A program made the translations under genes and the position numbers. Below are positions 1-9,502 of a DNA stretch of 64,000 nucleotides, piece after piece. The stretch's first letter is position 1; each line of letters opens with the position of its first letter. Source of the stretch: Xylographa opegraphella. Lineage: Eukaryota. The stretch spans positions 682,001 through 746,000 of the forward strand of contig JALDZX010000001.1 of NCBI GenBank assembly GCA_022813865.1, read 5' to 3'. The notes beneath the pieces are model-generated. The model had not been told where the DNA came from, ran no database searches, and was given only the letters and a program-made list of their open reading frames with translations.

Positions 1-6
1 CGCCTC

Positions 7-1014
7 GTGAATGACAGCCACGCGCCTAAAGTAGAGCAGACACCAGAGGCGATTGTCAGAGGCGATGTCCCCAGTTCAAATCATCCAACCTATCCTTATC
101 CCATACCGCACTTCCCATTGCACCTTACCAACGCCTTGGTCGAAGTTCCCGCTGCTGACGGCAAGGAGATCAACGACAAGCCAGACCTTGACCTGCTTTA
201 TTTCCAGCCATTTATACCAAAGAACGTTGAGCGAGATTTGTTTGACTTTCTAAGGCAAGAATTGTTTTTCTATAGAGTCCAGTACACGATCAAAAGAGGC
301 CCCACGGAGACGCAAATCAACACGCCTCGATAGTAAGTCACCGCGAAGTCAGCTGGACCGTGATTTTAACCTCTCGCCAGCACCACAGTGTTTGGAGTAG
401 ATGAGACATCCGTCTTCGGTCCTGATGGTTCCCTTCTCGACGCCCAGTCCTTGAAGCCGGTGGCCAAGGATCGCTACCGCACATGCAAGCCACGCCCTAT
501 CCCGCACTGTTTAGATGAGCTCCGCAAGATCACGGAAGTCTTCACGTCCTGCACGTTCAATTTCTGTCTCGTCAACTACTACGCCTCTGGGGCGGATAGC
601 ATATCCTACCACAGTGACGACGAGCGCTTTCTGGGACACAATCCCGCCATTGCATCCTTCTCTTTAGGCGCGAAGCGTGATTTCTTGATGAAGCACAAGC
701 CCTTGCCGCCGGGCATTCAAGATCCAGCGCCGAGTGCAACGCTGTTGAAACTACCGCTGGCAAGCGGTGACATGGTTCTTATGCGAGGACCCACGCAGTC
801 GAACTGGCTGCACAGTATACCTAAGCGGAAAGGCGGAGAGAGCGAAAGAGGTCGGATCAACATTACGTTTAGGAAAGCCCTGGTTCGAGGAGGGACTGAG
901 AACTACTACCAGTACAACGTTGGGAGCGGTGACATTTGGCGATGGGACGCAAAGCTTAGGGAGATGAGACCATGGACGAAGCCCACAATACAAACAGAGC
1001 CATCCGCTCGATAG
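7..1014 (+). CDS. AlkB-family 2OG-Fe(II) dioxygenase (ALKBH2/3-like), probably 5'-truncated by the window edge
   Basis: Intron 333-380 (GTAAGT...CAG) joins two ORFs as ...NTPR-Y-TTVFG. Motifs present: NFCLVNYY, SYHSDDE (HxD), IASFSLG, WLHSIPK, RINITFR. No in-frame ATG in the first exon. Confidence 0.88.
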
Positions 1015-1540
1015 GTGCGCAAAAGCGAGTGTGCGTTTTTGCGGAGGAGTCCCTGGAGCATCTCGGTCAACAGTCACTCACTCTGCTTACTTCGGGCTTA
1101 TTCTTCTCTGTCTGCCGCGCAAAAACAGTGAATGCTGTTCTGGCCCGATTCTTCCTGCATTATCCACCATTACTTCTGTGACATACTGGATACTACCTGA
1201 TTCACTTCATCGGATCACGTAGTGCTTATTTCACTTCCATTAATCACGTCATGCCGAACCAGCTTTCTGTCTACGGATTTCGTGGCAATACTTCGGGATG
1301 TTAATATATTGTTATTTGATAGCGCCGCTACCGTTCTGGCATAAACGTTCACTTTTGTGTAATAATACGACAGAGAAGATAAGATCAAGGTGAGAATTAC
1401 AGTGCATACTGCCGCAGAGTTCGAGACCAACGTTTGATTCGTGTCAACAAGGATTCTCACGATTACGCTAAGATATCTTCTGTATTATCACCGTCCATCA
1501 CACTCTCAACATGTGCATATTGCTTACAAACGGAAACATC

Positions 1541-3713
1541 TCAACGGTCTTCGGTGCTTTGCTCTTGCACAGCGTCATAGAAAGCGTCAACCGCAAACAG
1601 TTCCATAATCTGGGGATCTCCTGACTGTAATGCCAGGTCCGTCATTGTATGACCTTGGCTGTTCTTGAGGTCAGTACTCGCGCCAGCTCGCAGCAATTCC
1701 CGGAGCACGTCATAGGAGTGAGTGATTATGGAATGGGCCGTTGCGGAATCCCCGCCCACGTTCACGAGATCTAGTGCGGCGCCTTCCGATATCAAATGCG
1801 CGGTCGATCTCCAGTGGTTTCTCCTCGCAGCGTACATTAGTGGAGTGTCGCCGTCATCGTCGATCGTGTTTATCTCATGCGTTGTGGCCATGATAGCATC
1901 GAGAAGCTGAACGTTGTCCTGGTTCTTGCAAGCAATGTGTAAAGCCGTGCCGCCAAAAGCGTCTCGCAGATCCGTCCTGGCACCATGAGACAACATGAGC
2001 TCAACAGACGGTATGTCTCCGTTTTTGATGGCGTGGTAAAGCGGTGGGCGCCGCTCAGAATCAGCCAAATTCGGATCTGCCCCATGGTCAAGTAGTGTCT
2101 GTGTGGTCAAATAATCTCGGCGAGCGACTGCCCATGAGAGAGGAGTTCTCTTGTTTGCGTCCACGGCATTCAAAGCTGAAGTGGTGCTCTCTAGCTCGGA
2201 GATCACTGTTCGACTTATTATGTTTAGCGTGGCCTTGTGCAAAGTTGTAAATTGACGAGATTCCATATAGTCGTCGTCCGCAAACATCTCGCTCACCTCC
2301 CTGATCTGCGCTGGTACCAATTCTTTCGACAATACGAGATTCCAAGCACTATCAGAGGGTGTGCTAATCAATCAATCATGGGTCCGACGTGGTAATGGAC
2401 CGACTCACACTTTATTTTCATCCGCCAGCGTTGGCAGAGCACCCTGCTCGATTAAGAACTTACATACTTCGAAATGACGGTATGCTATCGCATACTATGG
2501 ATGGTCAGCTCGGCGCCTAGGTATTATGATTGAACTCACATGCAAAGCCGATTGTCCGTAGGCGTTGACGTCAAAGGGAGAGGCTTCGCGATCGAAAAAC
2601 AATTTCTGAATAACATCCAGCCGTCCGGTGCGGGCCATACGCCATATTGGCGAAGACCAAGCAACCATTCGAGGCATCCGGAGAGTACCCTCAATTCCTA
2701 CAGCAGAGGACATACTCATCGAGATGGCCAGTGCTCGTGCCAGAAACCAGCTAGGGAAATGATAATCGAGTCGGATAGTGGGAGAAGCCCGATTCCGACA
2801 ACCTCTCTCGTTGCACGCGGGAGTCAGAACAGGAAGACCGGAATATCCCACAAACAGTGCACCAAAGACATGCCTGACAAGAGCTGGGGTGCGAACGGCG
2901 CGCTTCACGTGGCATACGCAACTGCACCATGCATTGCATGCATTGCAGCTTCTCTTGTTGACCACAGTACAAGTTCGTACCACGATAGTCCGATGATCAG
3001 CATAATCCAGCGCGTCAATTGATGTGGCGGGCTCGCCATGAGCACGTACATCGAGACGTGCGAGGGAACTATCAGGGAATATTCGATGCGGGATTGGCGG
3101 CTGATGGTCATCCAAATCGAATATTGTTCCTTGGGGGACGGCAGATGGTTCACGCGCGAGTATTGAGGCAAGCTGAGCTGACAGTGCCTGCTGGTCACAG
3201 AAAATTCTTTGGACGGTAAGCTCGACGCGTGAAACGGATGAGCTGTTTCTATTCGTGAATGGTCTGCATAGAGGAAAAGGTGCTGCGAACTTACGAGGTG
3301 ACCATGCCCAAGCTGGTTGCCAGATTCCAGCGTATACTCTTCAGCTCGGATTGCAGGCGCAGGACGACGTGTTTCTCCCTTAGCCAGGCAAGTCGAACAG
3401 CTTTGACGCTGCCATCGGCGCCTAGCAGCCGATATGCGATCAGCTCTTGCAGCTCCAAGATCTTGTCTTTTGCCCTTTGCACATGACTGGCCAAGGCCTT
3501 CTTTGGGCCTAGATGTTGATCGTTGTGGTCTTCTTCCTGTGAGATGTGCGCTATGGTCGTCAGTATCGCCTGGAGGTCGGTGATCTCATTGATCAATGCT
3601 GATAGCTCGTCCTTTGACTGTAGCATTGCTCTGATCTTGGCGATGGCCGTGACCGTCTTTCCAACCAGTCCGATGACTGCGATGAGACTGGCAGTGAAAG
3701 CCAAGGGATCCAT
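1541..3713 (-). CDS. HeLo-like N-terminal domain + Cys/His-rich segment + ankyrin-repeat protein (about 676 aa)
   Basis: Exons 3713-3295, 3242-2540, 2494-2409 and 2363-1541 have GT-AG introns and total 2031 nt in frame. N-terminus MDPLAFTASLIAVIGLV resembles Helo_like_N. CNACNAWCSCVCH motif. Ankyrin motifs QSALH, TTLHKA, TPLSWA, PPLYHA, TALHIA, TPLMYA. Confidence 0.82.
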
Positions 3714-4058
3714 GCTGACCAGTGCTGCCCAACAGCAATATTTTGTGCAACAGGACGTGTGAAGGAGCGTTCGATTTCACGAGGCTGAACATCTCGAAGG
3801 TGTCCAGCTTTGCCTGGCGTGAGCGATGACTTCATTGCGCAGGAATCAGGCAAAAGAACGCCCCGTTTGTTAGTCGTCGTTACAGACTGTTGATGAGCGG
3901 TTGGGCTGAAGCGCATGTGGATATGGACCATCAAGTACTCCGTACAAGAAGAATATAGTATATATATATGTGTGTAACCCGGGACAATCGTAGACAACCC
4001 AGCTCCCGTGATTTAACAACTATTTGACTGTACTGCAGTACGCAACTGCGCCGTGGCC
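3714..4058. promoter_or_regulatory. Putative bidirectional promoter with a TA-repeat tract
   Basis: 345 bp between two divergent ATGs, with TATAGTATATATATATGTGTGT at about 3954-3975. Confidence 0.45.
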
Positions 4059-6914
4059 ATGGCGATGCAAGCTTTCAATGGTTTCAGCAACAAATTCCTC
4101 GCAAACATCGACGTTGATGCTGTCGTGGTGGTATTGCTGGTGTTGGCGGAGTGGGTAGTCTCTACCGCGCTTGCGATGATCTGCTTCTGGAATGAATGGA
4201 TGGCCGCTGCGGAGCGTCGGAAGAGATACACAGCCATAGCAGCAGGTTTGACGGTCGGGCTGGGTAGGTGAGTCGACCCTGGTCCTGGTTCTTCCTAATC
4301 ACTTGTGTCCTATTTATTGTAGACATTGAGTAGTCCATCCACAGGCTGCCCTAGCCGATGCTAACGGTGGTTCTCCAGAACGGCATTCGTCGTCATTCTT
4401 ATCTTGACAGTGCAACAACGGCAACGAGAGCAAGGTGATGAAACCACCACACACGCTGCGATTGACGGGGCGTACGCATTGCACATCTTTTCGAGCGCGC
4501 AGTGTTTTTTACTGCTGGCACAGGCATTGCTCTGCGTGCAGAGAAAGGTTCGTTGGCCGAGTCTGGTGAAACCTGGACCGGCCGGCAAACGTTCCGATGC
4601 GAAGCCAGCATGCACATCCAATGACCTTCCACACGATCCTCCCCTTGTGGTGATTATTCCCAGCTACCACGAAGATTCATGGGTTCTTGAACGTACGCTC
4701 AATGCGCTTGTTGCCAACAACTATTCGCGGTCGAAGCTGTGCATCTATTTGTCTTTTGATGGACTCGATCAGATCGAGGAAATCGACAGTGTCAAGAATT
4801 TCCTCGGCCTCAGCCATGTCGTTGAGAATGGTGCAGACGGAGAATCTTGCTATGAGACAGAATTTCAAGGCTACCGCGTCGTTTTCTCTGTCTTTCGTCA
4901 CGGCGGAAAAAGGCAGTGTCAGAAGTCCACTTTCGAGCAGATCAAACGCCGTGAAGAGATTGCCTTCCTCCGCCAATCATGTATACTTCTACTGGATTCC
5001 GACACTTTCCTACAACATGATTGCATTCGCAACTTTCTGCTGACAATGGGAGAACAAGTCCCCTTAGAACCTGGATATCATGCATTGTCCGGCATCACCA
5101 GAGTATTCAGGTTCCACCAGTCGTGGCTTGGCCTTTTCCAAAAGCTCGAATACTTTTACAGTCAGCACTTCGAACGCGAAGCAGAAGCTACGTGTGGTGC
5201 TGTCCATTGCCTTCCCGGAGGTCTCACTATGCTCACCTACATGATGCTGGAAAATTGCGCCGACGAGTATTTCAAGGACGTTGTCCAAGCCCATGATGCG
5301 TGCTTCGACTACATGAAAAGGTCCTTGGGTGAAGACCGCTGGCTTACCCAACTGGCCATCAAGAGACCACGTGCTCGAGGCGGCATTGGACTATCGAGAA
5401 GAGCTTTTTGTGAAACCGTAGCCCCTACGACTATCATGAGCTTTCTCGCACAAAGGCGCCGATGGTTTCTCGGCTGCATAGCAAACGAGGTATCTGGAAT
5501 GTCTGACCCTGACGCGTGGGCATTCTACCCTATACTCTCTCTTTACCGCATCGCACACTATGCTATTGGTACTCCCGGCTTCCCGTTCATTCTAACGAAA
5601 TTCAATCTGCTGCGACAAACACCATACTACCGGATCAACCTCACGCTATGGGTGGCTGCTATCGCGCTGACCTGGACTACTCTGATCGCTATCGCTGGAC
5701 GTGAGGACCTGTACAGTGCAATTTCGTATCCGGTTTTCCTTGTGCTAAATCCATTGCAATTGACAGTCGCCTGGATATATGCTGTTTTGACCATGGGCCA
5801 CCGCACCTGGGGCGCGAGGACTGTACCACAGGTGTCCAAGTTGCCGGCAGGAGTTCCGAATCACGGCGACCGGACGGTGAAACGCTTGCCCATCCTCTCA
5901 GATGCCGTCTCTCTGGTCGCAGAGATGCAAGATTACCTGGGACGCTGCCATTCCAGCTGCGCCTCACGGGTGCTGCGAGTCTTGGGCGTGGGTTCGCAAG
6001 TGGGCGAGATCACTTGTGTGCTGTCGGACGGCATCGTGGTTGCGCGCAAGCGCTCGCCGTCGCCCACCTCCACCGCCGGGCGCGCGATCCTTCAGGAGAT
6101 CAGGATCCTGTCGCGCCTGAGCCATATCCACGTCATCTCCATGCTCAAGGCGCAGGAGTCGGGTCCGAGCACGGAAATCTTGCTGTGGCCGGTGGCGCCT
6201 TGCGATCTGATGGTCTTCCTCCCCAAGATCCACGACGCCGACCGCGGCGGACCCCTCGACCACGAGCTCTGGCAGGCTCTCGGCCTCCTCCGCCCGCATC
6301 GCCAGCGCTCCTCCCTCGACAACGCTCGGCAGTGGCTCCGGAGATCCATAGGCTGCCTCTGCAGCGGCGTCGCTTACATCCACAGCCAAGGCATCCGCCA
6401 CCACGACATCCGCACCCAAAACATCCTCGTCACGCCGCGCGGGCCCGTCCTCGCCGACTTCGGCGGCGCCGTCGTCCTCGCTACGGCGCAGACGCAGACG
6501 CAGAACCCCCCCTCTACCACCCAGCCGTTCGACAGCGCCTTCGCCTCCGACGTCCTCCTCCTCGGCTGCGTCGTCCTCGAACTCGCCTCCGCCATCCTCG
6601 GCATCGACCCGCGCGCCCACGCCGCCTTCGACGTCATGACCGACCTCCGCCAGACGTACGAGTGGAATTTCGTCCACAACGGCGCGCGCCGCGCTCGGTG
6701 GGTGGCCGCCATGCGTCGGTGCTCGCACGACGCGCTGGGTGGTGGTGGTGGTGGTGGGGGCGGGCTGCTCGATCTCGCGCAGGCCATGCTGGCGGACGAT
6801 CAGGCTCGTCGACCGTCGGCCGCGCAAGTTGTGCGAGCGCTTGGCGGCTTGGCTGCCGCGGGCGAGGTGCTGTGTGGCGCGTGTTGCGCTGCGGGGACGG
6901 GAGGGGGGGTGTGA
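4059..6914 (+). CDS. Divergent ChsD-type (class VI/division 3) chitin synthase fused to a C-terminal protein-kinase-like domain (about 914 aa)
   Basis: Exon 4059-4267, intron 4268-4378 (GTGAGT..CTAAC..CAG), exon 4379-6914 with no stop. GT2 motifs: LSFDG, HGGKR, DSDT, CGAVHCLPG, LGEDRWLT, QRRRWFLG, RTWG. Kinase motifs follow: LGVGSQVG, VARK, QEIRIL, HHDIRTQNIL, ADFG, SDV, RPSA. Confidence 0.85.
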
Positions 6915-7330
6915 GTGTTTGGTTGGTGGGGAGGGAGAGAGAGGGAGGAGGAGGAGGCTGTGGCGCGGGGCCAGAGGAGGGTACTTTATCCTCAGTCGCG
7001 CGCACATGCGCCGGATGGGTGAAGGCGGGGCGTTCACAGGGCTAGTATGCCTGCATTGCAAAGCACAGCCCAAGTAAGCACGAGCGCCTCATCCTGCAAT
7101 GCAATGCCGCAGACGCTTGACGGCCCCACCTATCCTTCTGCTTCCGCCGCCCCCCTGCCTTCCTGTCCACAGCTCTCCGCCCTGCCCTACGTAGCACGAA
7201 TATCCCACTAGCCCCCCCTCCCTTCTTTCCAATCCTTCCCCAGACAATCACAGCCCCCCTAATCGCGGCTATCCCATACATACATCCATACCATTCCCGC
7301 CCAACGAAGGAAACCGTCCCCCAATCTGGT

Positions 7331-7363
7331 ATCTAGCATCTAGCATCTAGCATCTAGCATCTA
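7331..7363. repeat. 7-bp tandem repeat (TAGCATC)n
   Basis: atctagcatctagcatctagcatctagcatcta, about 4.5 copies. Confidence 0.9.
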
Positions 7364-7976
7364 CCGCTCGCCCATGCCCGCAAACACGCCCCCGGGGTAG
7401 GGGGCAGAGAACAGAAACCGGCGGTGTGTGGGTCCTATGGTATGATATGGTAAGGCTGTGCAGAGTATCCGAAGCTCGACGATCGAAGCTCGAAGGTTGA
7501 AGAACGGCGATCGCAAGAACGGGGAAATGAGATGAGAGCAGTAATGGCAGAGGTGGATGTGGATGTGGAATGCGAACGCGATGTGGAGGAAGGGAAGGGA
7601 GGGTTTAGCGAGGCAGTGAGTGAGTGAGTTCGTACGTAGATCCCGCACCCTTCCACCCTCCGCCTTTCTCAGAGCAGCAGCAGCAGCATCAGCAATGATC
7701 ATGGTAGTGGTAGTATCTTTCTTTCCATTCTGATGCATACCCCCCCCCACCCCCTCCACCCCTCGCCTTCGGGCCGTGCTGTCGATCACATCGAACATAT
7801 CGAACATATGGATGGATGGATATATGTGTGTATGTATTTCCCCCCCCCCCCGGCACTGCACACCCACCGCATGACAGCCCCAGCGGTGCGTGACAATGTC
7901 CATCAGGGGGCCAGGGAAAACGGGGCAGAAACGGGGCAGAAGAAAAAGGCAGAGATGGAAGTAGAAGTGTAGAAGT

Positions 7977-7999
7977 GTAGTAGTAGTAGTAGTAGTAGT
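7977..7999. repeat. (GTA)n microsatellite in low-complexity intergenic DNA
   Basis: About 7 GTA copies, with C homopolymers nearby at about 7740 and 7840. Confidence 0.85.
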
Positions 8000-8243
8000 G
8001 GGTGAGTAGTAGAAGAAGTAAATATCCCTCCCCCTCCCCCATCCCTGCCCTCCCTCCCCCGTCTCGCTCCCCAAAAAACCATAAAAACAGTAAAAAACCC
8101 AATCATAGACAGCACGATCCCGCTTTCCAGAAGCACGTGTACGTACAATAAACCCTTTCGCTATGCTGTTGCCCCTCCCATCCTCGGTGCCTCCCGATCC
8201 CAGCTGCTTAGCTGATTTTTCGCTTTCCGCTGCCCAGCCAAAA

Positions 8244-8273
8244 NNNNNNNNNNNNNNNNNNNNNNNNNNNNNN
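8244..8273. other. Assembly gap (30 N)
   Basis: Run of N. Confidence 0.99.
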
Positions 8274-8377
8274 AATGGGCAAATCGTGGTACATAAAGAA
8301 ACAAGACGACTTGTCCCACGCTCTCCCCTCCACATTCTCCCCTCCCAAACCCATTTCCGCGGGGGCCCCCGAACGAA

Positions 8378-9502
8378 TCAACCGTCCTCATCCCCCTCTG
8401 CCTCCTCCTCGTCATCCTCCTCGCCCGTCTCCTCCGCGCTCTCACTCCTTCTCTTCTTCGCCACCGGCTCACCCCCACCGCCCATACTCTTCCGCTTCTT
8501 CCCGTTCCCCGCCCCACCCTTCATCTTCCCGTTCTCGCCCTTCTCGCCCATATTTTCCTTATCCTCGCCGCCCATCTCGCCGTCCATGGCGGCGACCTCG
8601 TCGGCGGTGAGGAAGCGGCCGCCCGGCCCGCGCGGACGGCGCATGGCGTGTTTGTGCCTGCTCTCGTGGAGGTATGGTTTCCGCCCTTTGCTCGTGAGTC
8701 GCAGGGCCTCTTCCAGCTTCTGTCGCGCGACGCGCCGTTTGAGGATCCGGTGGAATTGTTTCGCGTTGACGTAGAGCGGAGACTCCTCGACGGCGCCAGG
8801 GGCGGGGATGGGATCGGGTGAGGGAGGGTGTTGCTGTTGGGGCGGTGGCGGCGGCGGTTGGGCGTGCTGGTGCTGCGGCATTTGCGAGGGCGGGGCCATG
8901 GATTGCGGGGGCACCGATGCTCGATGCGGCTGCTGCTGGTGGTGGTTCATCATGACGGGCTGGGCGCTATTCATGTGAGGACTGCCGACGCCGACGTGTT
9001 GAGACATGCGTCTCTGTGGGGGCATGGGGTGACCCTGTTGGACCTGCGAGGGAAGGGGCGGCATCTGATTCCCCAGCTGCGGCGGGCTCCGCGGCGTTCG
9101 CTCGGGCTTGATCGCGTTGACGTGCGCCATGTGCGGCGACGAGCGCGCGAGACTGTCAGCTATCGACGTCGATGGCATGTGGTAGCCGTAGGCCGGGCCG
9201 GCGGCAGCTGCGGTCGCCATGGCCGCCGCTTGTCCCGGTGTGATCCCATACTGTTGTGGCATATTGGGCGGCACACCATAGGCCTGGCTGTAGATCTGTT
9301 GATGTGGTTGCGGCGGTGGTGGTTGCGGTTGATATTGCGAGCCCTGGGATGGCAGGATGGGCGATGCCTGGTGGTTCGGATGTTGTTGATGGATATGCGA
9401 GGCATGATGGTTGGGAGGAGATGTCATAGGTGGGCCGGCGGACGTCTGTTGTGGTTGGTAGTGTGGGTGAGACCCGTGAGGATATTGCGCGTAGTCCATC
9501 AT
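8378..9502 (-). CDS. hapB: CCAAT-binding complex subunit HapB/Hap2 (NF-YA)
   Basis: NF-YA core [18 protein letters not shown]...[26 protein letters not shown], Gln/Pro-rich N-terminus, first ATG at 9502. Confidence 0.95.
   Translation of the reverse strand: MMDYAQYPHGSHPHYQPQQTSAGPPMTSPPNHHASHIHQQHPNHQASPILPSQGSQYQPQPPPPQPHQQIYSQAYGVPPNMPQQYGITPGQAAAMATAAAAGPAYGYHMPSTSIADSLARSSPHMAHVNAIKPERTPRSPPQLGNQMPPLPSQVQQGHPMPPQRRMSQHVGVGSPHMNSAQPVMMNHHQQQPHRASVPPQSMAPPSQMPQHQHAQPPPPPPQQQHPPSPDPIPAPGAVEESPLYVNAKQFHRILKRRVARQKLEEALRLTSKGRKPYLHESRHKHAMRRPRGPGGRFLTADEVAAMDGEMGGEDKENMGEKGENGKMKGGAGNGKKRKSMGGGGEPVAKKRRSESAEETGEEDDEEEAEGDEDG

Noticed and set aside
5900..6914. GC jump at the kinase domain as evidence of horizontal transfer
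   Set aside because: The same shift occurs inside eIF3d, NNR2 and Trs23, so it is a regional effect.
5964..7073. Long antisense and alternative-frame ORFs (369 and 343 aa) over the kinase domain
   Set aside because: Shadow ORFs expected in very GC-rich coding DNA; Arg/Pro-rich with no motifs.
7361..8335. 324-aa minus-strand ORF
   Set aside because: Made of microsatellites and homopolymers and spans an N gap; probably hapB 3' UTR or intergenic.
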